Assembly (NCBI GenBank): GCA_965215555.1
Contig: OZ244071.1
Coordinates: forward strand, 2,304,190 to 2,368,189
Source: Dehalococcoidia bacterium
GTDB taxonomy: Bacteria > Chloroflexota > Dehalococcoidia > Bin125
Length of the DNA stretch: 64,000 bases
Reading direction: 5' to 3'
Shown: piece by piece, positions 27,474 through 36,251 of the stretch
Position numbering within the stretch: the first letter of the stretch is position 1
Layout: every line of letters starts with the position of its first letter
Translations under genes and position numbers: made by a program
The notes under the pieces: model-generated
The model's database searches: none
What the model was told of the DNA's origin: nothing
Seen by the model: only the letters and a program-made list of their open reading frames with translations

Positions 27474-29198
27474 GTGCGACGCTTGCGTGTGTCGTTAGCG
27501 CAGATCAACTCGACGGTTGGAGATCTCGACGGTAACGCCGACAAGATCATCGACCAGATCCGCGAGGCGGAGTCCCTGGGAGCGGACCTGATCGCGTTCC
27601 CCGAGCTGGCGCTCACGGGCTATCCACCCGAAGACCTCGTGCTCAGGCGCGGGTTCGTCGAGGACAACCTGGCGACCCTCGACCGAGTCCGGGAGGCCAC
27701 GACCGGCATGCATGTCGCTGCGATTGTCGGCTTTGTCGACTACGCGCACGACATTTTCAATGCCGCCGGAGTCCTGCACGACGGGGAACTCGCGGGTGCG
27801 TATCACAAGCAATATCTGCCCAATTATGGAGTCTTCGACGAGGCCCGCTACTTCAGGCCAGGACAGGGTGTTCAGCTCTTCGACATCGCCGGGGCCCGCG
27901 TGGGTGTCACGATCTGCGAGGACATCTGGTACTCCTCGGGTCCGATGCAGGATCAGTGTTTGGCGGGTGCTGAGGTCGTGGTCAACATCAACGGCTCACC
28001 CTTCCACGCCGGCAAGTCGCACCAGCGCGAGCAGATGCTCGCCACCCGCGCCGCCGACAATGCCGTGCTTACGCTCTACTGCAACCTCGTGGGCGGACAG
28101 GACCATCTGATTTTCGACGGTGGCTCAACCATCTACGGTCCCGGCGGCGACTTGATTGCCAGGGCCGACCTCTTCACGGAGCAATTGCTCACCGTCGACC
28201 TGGATGTGGAAGAGGTGCGCCAGACTCGACTCCACGATCCGCGTCTGAGGCGATTACCGCAGACTCAGGCAGAGCAGGCGGCAGTCTCGCGCGAGATCGA
28301 CGTTGACCGAGGACCGCTGCTCGAGCCGAGCATTGCCGAGACCTTGTCCAGCGACGTACAGGTCTACGAAGCCCTGGTGCTGGGCACCCGCGATTACGTC
28401 CATAAGACGGGCTTTAGCGACGTCGTGATCGCGCTATCCGGAGGGATCGATTCGACGATCACCGCGGTGATCGCCGTTGACGCACTGGGTGCAGACCATG
28501 TGCGCGGTGTGTCCATGCCTTCTCGCTACTCCTCCGAGGGCAGCGTCGCCGACGCGCGCGCGCTGGCCGACAACCTCGGCATCCAGATGGATGTGCTGCC
28601 GATCGAGGGCCCGTACCAGTCCTACCTGGACACGCTGGCGCCGCTGTTTGAAGGTTTGCCTCAGGACGTGACGGAAGAAAACTTGCAAGCACGAATTCGT
28701 GGCGTGCTGATGATGGCGATCTCAAACAAGACTGGCGCGTTGGTGCTGACCACCTCCAACAAGAGTGAATCTGCGACCGGATACACGACGCTCTACGGCG
28801 ATATGACCGGCGGGCTCGCGGTCATCCAGGATGTGCCCAAGCTGCTGGTCTATCGCATCTCGGAACTCGTCAATGAACGCGCCGGTCGTGAGATCATCCC
28901 CGTATCCGTGTTGACCAAACCACCCAGCGCCGAACTGCGCCCCGACCAGTTCGACGAGCAGTCATTGATGCCCTACGAGCGCCTCGATCCGATCCTCCAG
29001 TCCTTCGTGCAGGAGGACCGATCACTCGACGAAATCGTCGCTGCCGGCTTCGATGAGTCGGATGTCAAGCGTGTGATGTCCCTGGTCACGGGAGCGGAGT
29101 ACAAGCGCCGACAGGCCGCGCCCGGACTCAAAATCACACCTCGAGCCTTCGGTCGAGACCGGCGTTTCCCCATTGCCAATCGCTATCGGGGCTTCTGA
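27474..29198 (+). CDS. nadE: Glutamine-dependent NAD+ synthetase
   Basis: SD AGGAGG at 27464-27469 precedes GTG 27474. Nitrilase triad FPEL, YHKQYLPNYGVFDE, TICEDIW; synthetase motifs ALSGGIDS, EENLQARIRG, KPPSAEL, EYKRRQA. Confidence 0.96.
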   Translation: MRRLRVSLAQINSTVGDLDGNADKIIDQIREAESLGADLIAFPELALTGYPPEDLVLRRGFVEDNLATLDRVREATTGMHVAAIVGFVDYAHDIFNAAGVLHDGELAGAYHKQYLPNYGVFDEARYFRPGQGVQLFDIAGARVGVTICEDIWYSSGPMQDQCLAGAEVVVNINGSPFHAGKSHQREQMLATRAADNAVLTLYCNLVGGQDHLIFDGGSTIYGPGGDLIARADLFTEQLLTVDLDVEEVRQTRLHDPRLRRLPQTQAEQAAVSREIDVDRGPLLEPSIAETLSSDVQVYEALVLGTRDYVHKTGFSDVVIALSGGIDSTITAVIAVDALGADHVRGVSMPSRYSSEGSVADARALADNLGIQMDVLPIEGPYQSYLDTLAPLFEGLPQDVTEENLQARIRGVLMMAISNKTGALVLTTSNKSESATGYTTLYGDMTGGLAVIQDVPKLLVYRISELVNERAGREIIPVSVLTKPPSAELRPDQFDEQSLMPYERLDPILQSFVQEDRSLDEIVAAGFDESDVKRVMSLVTGAEYKRRQAAPGLKITPRAFGRDRRFPIANRYRGF

Positions 29199-29205
29199 GG
29201 CTCCG

Positions 29206-30180
29206 ATGGCCGACTCCGCCTCCGCAGAGTGGCAAGCGCTCGCCGAACGCATCAGTGCGCGTCATCGAGGCCGCGACTCGCTGATTCGCGGCGTCGGCGT
29301 GATCGGCGACTACGCCAGAAGCCAGGTCTGGGATGCATCGCTGCTGCAGATCCTTCTGTTTCGCCACCGAGACGAAGCGTTGATTGACGAAGGTGCGGTC
29401 ACAACTGAGAACGGCGTCTCTGTCACGGTCGACTCGATCACATCGGGATCGTTGGTCGAACTGGAAGAGCTTCTCCATCTGGAGCCGCTGGCCGGACAGC
29501 TCGCCGATATGCACACGTTGCGTATGGCCGACCCAACCTCGCGGGACATCTTGGCCACGTTCCGCGACCGCTACTACTCGGCCGAGGGACGACAGTTGCG
29601 AGCGGCTCGGGCCCTGCAGCGAGCCCGAGTCTCGCTGGATGACAGTGAGGCGGCAGCGCGCCCAATCGATGCCCTGGAAGCAGTGCGCAGTGGCATCTTC
29701 CCAGCGGTCAGCGCCATTGTCAGTGAGCCGGTCGATGTCCTGCGTATGCCAAGACGTATGCGTGCGGCCGGACGACTGCTCAAGCTCACCGACCTCTGGC
29801 CGCGAGTTCAGGACGCGCTTCAGCTTGACGAAGTCGGCGCGGAACGGCGATGGGCCTCGGTCGACCTATTGCATTCGCTCGCCAAGTCTCACCTGGATGC
29901 GCGGATGCCTGAAGTTGGGGCTGCGCTCCTGCCGCGACTTGATCGAGCACGCAATCCAGCCCGTCTGGGTAGCGAGGCGCTGTTGGAGGTCGGAGACGCG
30001 AGCGGAGCGACCTGGACCGCGATCGCCGCCGCCGCTGAGCTGGATGCAATCATCGAAGCGGCCTCACCGGGATGGCGTGAGCGAAACGACTACCAGCAAC
30101 GAGCAGTGGACGTTTATGGCAGTCCATCGATCACGGAGTTGCGTCGGGTCTGTGTCGAGGTGCAGTCGAGGGTCAACTGA
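29206..30180 (+). CDS. Hypothetical protein with a degenerate nucleotidyltransferase-like N-terminus and helical C-terminus
   Basis: Starts 7 nt after the nadE stop. GVGVIGDYARSQVWDASLLQIL resembles the hG[GS]xARG...SDxD NTase motif but lacks the two Asp. Confidence 0.5.
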   Translation: MADSASAEWQALAERISARHRGRDSLIRGVGVIGDYARSQVWDASLLQILLFRHRDEALIDEGAVTTENGVSVTVDSITSGSLVELEELLHLEPLAGQLADMHTLRMADPTSRDILATFRDRYYSAEGRQLRAARALQRARVSLDDSEAAARPIDALEAVRSGIFPAVSAIVSEPVDVLRMPRRMRAAGRLLKLTDLWPRVQDALQLDEVGAERRWASVDLLHSLAKSHLDARMPEVGAALLPRLDRARNPARLGSEALLEVGDASGATWTAIAAAAELDAIIEAASPGWRERNDYQQRAVDVYGSPSITELRRVCVEVQSRVN

Positions 30181-30200
30181 GACGCGCGCGTAGTTCGGGA

Positions 30201-32042
30201 TCAGGGCAGGACAACCAGCGGGTCGATGTACCAGTCGTTGTGGTGCACCTCGAAGTGCAGGTGCGGCCCCGTGCTGTAACCGGTGTTGCCGTTGTAGCCG
30301 ATGATGTCGCCTTGCGTGACGTATTGACCCTGCTGCACATTGAATTCGACGAGGTGAGCGTAGATCGTGCTCCAGCCGCCGTCGTGCTCGATCTCGACAT
30401 ACCATCCCAGCCCGAATGCAGAATCTCCACCAACGAACGTCACCAAGCCGTCAGCCGCTGCCACAATCGGTACGTAGAGATCGAGCGCCATGTCCAGTCC
30501 ATTGTGTCGGTAGGAGCAGTCCCAGCTTCGGCACAACCCGAAGAGATCGGTCAGCTCTCCCTGGGCGGGCCAGGCAAAGTTGGGGACGCTCAACGGCAGG
30601 ATGATCTCCTGGCCAATCACAATGGCGTTTGGATCGTTGACGCCGTTCGCCGGGTCGGCGAGGATCAGCGACATATCGACTCCATACGCATTCGCAATCC
30701 CCTGGAGCGTGTCACCCGCCTGAACCGTGACCAGCACCCCCTCGCGCAACGGCAAACGCCACGTGGTGCCGGCGTCCAGCCACTGGCCGGGTTCAACCCA
30801 GCCGTGATTGGCCAACAACGTGTGAGGCGTGACTCCGAGAATCGCCGCCGCGTACTGAACCAGGTCGGCCTCCCACAGTGTCTGTTCCTCCGACACGACG
30901 GGCGGATCAATCGTGCCGTGCAGGTACAGCAACTGGCCAATCACGACGAGGTCGTTGGGACGGTGTGGGTTGAGTGAACGCAGTTCGTCCATCGTCAGGT
31001 TGTGCAAGAGGGCGATGTTCTGGAACGTGTCGTGCCGCTGGACACGGTAGCTCCGACGACGCTGTTCGACGGCCGGGACGGTGCCAGGCGCGGCGTCGGG
31101 CGATGGGCCGGCCCACGGTACGTTGATTGTTTGGCCGATGCGGATGAGGTTCAGGTCTTCGCCGCCGTTCAGTCGACGAAGGTCGGCCAGACTGATGCCG
31201 TAGCGTTCGGCGATCCTGGATGCGAATTCGCCGGGGCGCACGATGTAAGTCGTGGTCAGGACGCCCAACGCCTCAGACGGTTCCAGTGCAGGTGCCAGAT
31301 AGTCAGGAACCGGGATGAGGAGAACATCGCCTGGATGGATCAGGTTCAGGTCGGTCCCCTGATTGTAACTCTGCAGCATTTCCAGCGATATCCCGAACCG
31401 TTCGGCGATCACTGTTGCCCACTCGTTTTCCTTGACGGTGTACTCCGACACGCGAGTGAGGCTCGGGCCGGAGTTGTTGCTGAGAACTCCTGCCGTCAAG
31501 GCCCGCGCCGCCGCTGGTGCTGATTGCGAACTCCCCGTAGAGGCACCGCAAGGCACGATCAGCGTCGCGCCCAACTGGAGGACATCGGGTTTGATATTCG
31601 GGTTGAGGTTGGTCATCGTCTGCGTGTCGGTGCCGTAGTCAAGCGCGATGCTGCCGAGGATGTCGCCTGACTGAACCAGATGTGTACACGAGCCGCCATT
31701 GTTCGCAAGTGCGTTGATCGATCCTGCAGCCGAAGGCGTCGTGCGAGCTACGGTTGTGTTCGCTGCTGCGCAGCCGTATGCGAGGTTCAGAGCGTTGTCC
31801 GGCACATTGATGCGCTGGCCGACGAAAATCTCGTCGGCTGAGGAGATCTCGATGTTGAGCGCCTGCAACACCGAGGTGCTCACATTCAGACAACTGGCGA
31901 TGTCCGACAAGGTATCTCCGGGTTGTACCTCATATGTGTCAGCGGCAGCGCGATCGCTTCCAACTGTGGCTGACCATACGGCGATGATCAGCAGCATCAC
32001 TGCAAAGGCGGCCCATCTGGGCCCGATAGCGGATTGAGGCAT
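30201..32042 (-). CDS. Secreted multi-LysM (6 clear plus 1 degenerate) M23 metallopeptidase
   Basis: Signal peptide; repeats of the type Y.VQ.GD.L..IA...G......L..LN; M23 motifs HNGLD, YAHL, HLHFEV. Confidence 0.92.
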   Translation of the reverse strand: MPQSAIGPRWAAFAVMLLIIAVWSATVGSDRAAADTYEVQPGDTLSDIASCLNVSTSVLQALNIEISSADEIFVGQRINVPDNALNLAYGCAAANTTVARTTPSAAGSINALANNGGSCTHLVQSGDILGSIALDYGTDTQTMTNLNPNIKPDVLQLGATLIVPCGASTGSSQSAPAAARALTAGVLSNNSGPSLTRVSEYTVKENEWATVIAERFGISLEMLQSYNQGTDLNLIHPGDVLLIPVPDYLAPALEPSEALGVLTTTYIVRPGEFASRIAERYGISLADLRRLNGGEDLNLIRIGQTINVPWAGPSPDAAPGTVPAVEQRRRSYRVQRHDTFQNIALLHNLTMDELRSLNPHRPNDLVVIGQLLYLHGTIDPPVVSEEQTLWEADLVQYAAAILGVTPHTLLANHGWVEPGQWLDAGTTWRLPLREGVLVTVQAGDTLQGIANAYGVDMSLILADPANGVNDPNAIVIGQEIILPLSVPNFAWPAQGELTDLFGLCRSWDCSYRHNGLDMALDLYVPIVAAADGLVTFVGGDSAFGLGWYVEIEHDGGWSTIYAHLVEFNVQQGQYVTQGDIIGYNGNTGYSTGPHLHFEVHHNDWYIDPLVVLP

Positions 32043-32168
32043 GCCATCACTTTATGCACGAAGTGGCCGCTCACGGCGAGGCTAAGTGTCATGCCAGTGA
32101 TAACTTCTACGACGTGACGTAATCCAGCAACCGGACGTGCCAGGCTTTCCCCCGAAACGGAGTGTTCA

Positions 32169-32957
32169 ATGAGCTACGAACTGATTGAAGTCGAACAGCG
32201 CGGAGCAGTTGGCGTCATTCGCAAGAACCGACCCGAGAAGCTGAACGCCTGGAGCCGCGCCATGGCGGCCGAAGAGAAAGATGCCGTCACCAACTTCAAC
32301 AACAACCCGGAGGTCGCAGCGATCGTCTTTGCAGGCAACGGTCGCTCCTATTGCGCCGGCCTGGACCTGCAACAACAGCAAGCCGAGGTGAACACCGGAG
32401 AAGCCTCACGCCGAGCCGGCGAAGCAGACGAACACGACGAGACCTGGGTCGACTTTTGTAACGCCAGTAAGCCGATCATCGCCGCCGTGCACGGCTACGC
32501 CGTCGGCGTCGGCGTGACGACGGTGCTGCCATTCGATTTCCGCATCGCCGGCGAGAGTGCGCAGTTCGGGTTCCGCTTCGTCAAAATGGGCTTGCTGCCT
32601 GAGGCTGCATCCACCACATTGCTACCGCGACTGGTCGGAGTCGGCCGCGCGCTCGATTGGTGCCTCACCGGACGATTCGTCGGCGCGCAAGAAGCGTTGG
32701 AAGCGGGGTTGGTCCGTGACGTTGCGCCAGACGATGAGCTGCTGGACCGCGCTGTGGCTCTCGGTGAAGAGCTGGCCGAGAATCCCGATTCGATCATGCG
32801 TCGCGTGAAATCGCTATTTTCGCAAAATCAGTTGGAAACGAATATTGGGCTGGTGCAACAGCGCGAAGGAGAAGCGCTAGAGTGGGCGATGCAGACACCG
32901 GAGCATGCGGAAGCTATCTCGGCGTTTCTTGAGAAGCGTCCAGCGAAATTCCGCTAA
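32169..32957 (+). CDS. Enoyl-CoA hydratase/isomerase (crotonase) family protein
   Basis: NRPEKLNA, YCAGLDL, KPIIAAVHGYAVGVG, GLLPEAAS. It lacks the two hydratase Glu and has the Glu in the isomerase-like position. Confidence 0.9.
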   Translation: MSYELIEVEQRGAVGVIRKNRPEKLNAWSRAMAAEEKDAVTNFNNNPEVAAIVFAGNGRSYCAGLDLQQQQAEVNTGEASRRAGEADEHDETWVDFCNASKPIIAAVHGYAVGVGVTTVLPFDFRIAGESAQFGFRFVKMGLLPEAASTTLLPRLVGVGRALDWCLTGRFVGAQEALEAGLVRDVAPDDELLDRAVALGEELAENPDSIMRRVKSLFSQNQLETNIGLVQQREGEALEWAMQTPEHAEAISAFLEKRPAKFR

Positions 32958-33011
32958 GCGACACGCCTTCGGGCACAATATGCGGCGGGGTGACTCGGTT
33001 GGGAGACCGGG

Positions 33012-34178
33012 ATGTCCCTACAAGAAGCAGCCTCGTCGGGTTCATTCAAGCCCCGCGCGGCACAGCCATCTGACGTAGAGCAAGCTGATACGCCGTTCAA
33101 CCCATCAACGGTTGACCAAGCGGCGGCCGAGCCGGCTGCGCCGTTTGGTGACTCGTACGGGTTCGCGCCTGGCGCGAACGACGACGTGGTCGAGAGCGGC
33201 GATCCAGACATGCGCGCGACACGTCGTCGTGCCTGGACCATCGTCGGGCTGGCAATCGTTGTTCCTGCTGCTATCGCCGCCGTGATCGCGTGGCAGCTCT
33301 TTGGGACCGATTCAGAGCCTGCGCCGACCGTCACCAGGGTCGCCACGACTCCAGCGACGGTGGCCGTACAGGAGACCACGGTCGCGACCACTGCGCCGGC
33401 AGAGGCGACCGTCGCCGCAACGACCGAGGCTCAGACGACTGCGTCAACGACCACAGCGTCGACGACGGCGGCGACTTCGGCTGAGACGGCAAGTGCCGCG
33501 AGCGTCGAAGCACAGTCCGCCGCGACCGTTGTTTCAGAAGTCGACCTTGCCTCGCTCGACCCGGCCGCACGTCTCGCCGCCTGGCCTGAGATTGCAACGA
33601 TCGAAGTGCTGCCTGGCGAAACGCTCTGGCTGATTGCCCAGAACTACAGCACCACGATTTCAGCGATCGCGACGCTCAACGACATCACGGATCCGTCGAC
33701 CCTGAGCATCGGACAACAGCTGATGATTCCCGTTGGCTTTGCCGAAGAAATCGCTGCGGTGGCTCCTGTCGAAGCAACCGAGAGCGCGACGAGTGTCGAG
33801 AACGAGGGTTCCGCGGTGGTCGCCGTCACGCCAACCGAAGCCCCGGTGTTGACCGATGACCTGGCCAACTGGCACACCGTCGGCGTCGTGGAAGTGGTGG
33901 ATGGCGACAGCCTGGCCGCGATCGCCGCCGCCAACAATACGACGATGGAAGCGATCATGGCGCTCAATAGCCTCACCGATCCAAACCTGATTCTGGTTGG
34001 CGATGTGCTGTTGGTTCCGGTTGGCTACCAGGGAGACGCATCACTGGTGCTGTCCACCTCGGAGTCGCAGATCCAGGTCGATTCGGGCACGTCCACGAGC
34101 GGCACCAGCGACGAGCTGGAAGACACGACCGCAGGGACCACTGGTCAGAGCGACGACCAAGACTCGTTGTCGGAATAG
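33012..34178 (+). CDS. Membrane-anchored LysM protein (2 LysM, Thr/Ala-rich stalk)
   Basis: TM at about aa 75-97; T/A-rich linker; VLPGETLWLIAQNYSTTISAIATLN and VVDGDSLAAIAAANNTTMEAIMALN. Confidence 0.88.
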   Translation: MSLQEAASSGSFKPRAAQPSDVEQADTPFNPSTVDQAAAEPAAPFGDSYGFAPGANDDVVESGDPDMRATRRRAWTIVGLAIVVPAAIAAVIAWQLFGTDSEPAPTVTRVATTPATVAVQETTVATTAPAEATVAATTEAQTTASTTTASTTAATSAETASAASVEAQSAATVVSEVDLASLDPAARLAAWPEIATIEVLPGETLWLIAQNYSTTISAIATLNDITDPSTLSIGQQLMIPVGFAEEIAAVAPVEATESATSVENEGSAVVAVTPTEAPVLTDDLANWHTVGVVEVVDGDSLAAIAAANNTTMEAIMALNSLTDPNLILVGDVLLVPVGYQGDASLVLSTSESQIQVDSGTSTSGTSDELEDTTAGTTGQSDDQDSLSE

Positions 34179-34208
34179 CGCAAGTCGCGAACGTCGTCTG
34201 GCACAGTA

Positions 34209-34277
34209 AACGCGCCCTCGCTGCCGCAGTGTTGCGGTTCAGCGATGGGCGCGTTCGCGTGTCTGCCCGAAGGGCAG
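34209..34277. terminator. Two hairpins between convergent genes
   Basis: Long imperfect stem AACGCGCCC-TCGCTG-CCGCA / TGCGG-CAGCGA-GGGCGCGTT (34209-34255) and CTGCCC-GAA-GGGCAG (34263-34277). Confidence 0.6.
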
Positions 34278-34289
34278 GAAGTCCGGAGA

Positions 34290-34682
34290 CTAGTCCTTCG
34301 GATCCGGCGTCACCTGGCGATTCGTAAACCGCCACTGACCGTCGATCTTCTTCAGCGTGTCGTCGTAGCGACCGGTCACGATGCTGGAACCACCGTCCTT
34401 GGTCTGGACGAGATTCAGGTAGCAGGAGTGCGTCGCCTCGTCGCCGTCAACGTCGACGACATGGTTGTTCGTCCAGTGCCGTGCGCCAGCCATGTTGGTG
34501 CCGAAGCCAGCCGCGAACTGCGCCAGGCTCTCGTGACCGGTGACTGGCTGCGGTCCGCCATTGAAGACGCCGTCCTCTGCGAACGTGCCCGCCCAGGCCT
34601 CGGGATCGCCGTAGTCGATCGCGTGGTTGTAGCGCGCCGCCAACTGCAGAATCTCCAGGGTGTCCGCTGCGTCGATTGCCAT
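34290..34682 (-). CDS. SnoaL-like/NTF2-fold protein (LinA/BaiE-like)
   Basis: EILQLAARYNHAID, WAGTFAEDG, RHWTNN, GRYDDTL...WRF. Confidence 0.85.
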   Translation of the reverse strand: MAIDAADTLEILQLAARYNHAIDYGDPEAWAGTFAEDGVFNGGPQPVTGHESLAQFAAGFGTNMAGARHWTNNHVVDVDGDEATHSCYLNLVQTKDGGSSIVTGRYDDTLKKIDGQWRFTNRQVTPDPKD

Positions 34683-34715
34683 TTCGGTTCCTTCCGTTCA
34701 ATCACGTTGTTGGAA

Positions 34716-34868
34716 TCAAGGGTCCTTGCGCAGGATAGCGAGGTCCTGAGCGACTTGATCCACCGAGCGATGTACGCCGTACTCGAACAACAGCAGCGTG
34801 ATCAGATTCAGGCTGAGCGGATCATCGTCGGAGTATTGCTCTTGAATCCAGGAGAGTTGAATTGACAC
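34716..34868 (-). CDS. Putative 50-aa small protein
   Basis: GTG...TGA ORF MSIQLSWIQEQYSDDDPLSLNLITLLLFEYGVHRSVDQVAQDLAILRKDP fills the gap upstream of the SnoaL gene on the same strand. No strong SD. Confidence 0.35.
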   Translation of the reverse strand: MSIQLSWIQEQYSDDDPLSLNLITLLLFEYGVHRSVDQVAQDLAILRKDP

Positions 34869-35024
34869 CTCTGCCTGTGAGGGAAAGGCGTCGCGCGACC
34901 CCTCCACGTGCGCCAACAGCGTGGGCAGGCGCGTGGATTCATCTGCGGTCAATCGAACACGTGGCGGCATGGAGCAAAGGTATCCTGCCGTCGAAGCACG
35001 TTCCCGATGCAGCGAGGCAGCACC

Positions 35025-36209
35025 ATGCAGGGACCCCTGGACGGCTATCGAATTCTCGATTTCACCCGCTATCAACAGGGGCCCTATGCAACCGTGATGC
35101 TGTCCGACATGGGGGCTGAGATCTGGAAAATAGAGCCGCCGGGTGGCGACCCGGGTCGCGGTTCCGACCTCTCTGACGACGGATTCTCTCGCTACTTCGA
35201 AGCGCACGACCGAGGCAAGCGATCGATCGTCCTGAACCTGAGAGACCCATCGGCGGTCAATGCGGCTCTGCGAATGGCCGAGCGGTGTGACGCCGTAATC
35301 GAGAACTATCGCCCCGGTGTCATGGACCGCCTCGGCCTGAGCTATGAGGCCCTGAGTGCTCGAAATCCGCGGATAGTCATGGTCTCTGCTTCCGCGTTCG
35401 GCGCGAAGGGTCCACAGGCCGGCGAGCCCGGCTACGACGTCATCGGCCAGGCCACCGGAGGCGTCATGACCCTGCAGGCGCTCGGAGAAGAGGCCGAGCC
35501 TCGCACCTTGCCGGGCGGCTTCGCTGATCAGGTCGGGGCGATGCAAGCCTGCATTGGCTTGCTGGCGGCCCTGATCGCCGCCAAGGACTCCGGACAGGGA
35601 CAGCACGTCGATGTCTCCTTGCTCGGCTCTCAGCTCGCGCTGCAGTCTGTGTATCTGACCGGCTTCCTCAAGACCGGTGTCCAGCCCCATATGACCCGAC
35701 GGCGGATGCCGACGTTCACGTTCTATCAGGCCGCCGACAGACGCTGGCTCGTGATTGGCGTGGTCGATCCGCGGAACTGGCGAGCGCTCTGCGAGTTGAT
35801 GGGACATCCCGAATGGGAGTCCGACGAGCGATTCGCCACAGCGCCGGCCAGGCAGAAGCACACGCTGGATCTCGAGGCGTTGCTCGAGGACTGCTTCATC
35901 GCGGCAGATCGCAACGAGTGGCTGCGTCGCCTGCGCGAAGCCGATATTCCCGCTGCACCAGTCAACAGTTACGGCGACGTGGCCGCCTCCGAGCAGGTCT
36001 GGGCCAACGGCTACCTGACCGAGATCGCCGATCCGCGCTTTGGAACTCGACGCGTGACCGGTTTGCCCTGGAACTTCTCCGCCACTCCCGGAGCGGTCCA
36101 GGGTCGAGCACCTGAACTCAACTCCGATGCCAACTCGATTCTGGCTGAGTGCGGCTATAGCGTTGAGGACATTGAAGCACTCCGCGCCAGCGGTGCGCTA
36201 CCTGCATAG
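35025..36209 (+). CDS. Family III CoA-transferase
   Basis: GPLDGYRILDFT, RGKRSIVLNL, ENYRPGVM, PGYD, ADQVG. Start ATG 35025. Confidence 0.92.
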   Translation: MQGPLDGYRILDFTRYQQGPYATVMLSDMGAEIWKIEPPGGDPGRGSDLSDDGFSRYFEAHDRGKRSIVLNLRDPSAVNAALRMAERCDAVIENYRPGVMDRLGLSYEALSARNPRIVMVSASAFGAKGPQAGEPGYDVIGQATGGVMTLQALGEEAEPRTLPGGFADQVGAMQACIGLLAALIAAKDSGQGQHVDVSLLGSQLALQSVYLTGFLKTGVQPHMTRRRMPTFTFYQAADRRWLVIGVVDPRNWRALCELMGHPEWESDERFATAPARQKHTLDLEALLEDCFIAADRNEWLRRLREADIPAAPVNSYGDVAASEQVWANGYLTEIADPRFGTRRVTGLPWNFSATPGAVQGRAPELNSDANSILAECGYSVEDIEALRASGALPA

Positions 36210-36251
36210 CATCCGCATGATGACCGTCTGAGCTAGCAAAGAGGCACTCCC

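Noticed and set aside
32043-32168. Possible c-di-AMP riboswitch upstream of the LysM-M23 gene
   Set aside because: No ydaO consensus elements were seen, and a -10 box 6 nt from the ATG suggests a leaderless mRNA.
34869-35861. 381-aa minus-strand ORF 34716..35861
   Set aside because: Most of it is antisense to the CoA-transferase. Only the last 50 codons are kept as a weak small-ORF candidate.
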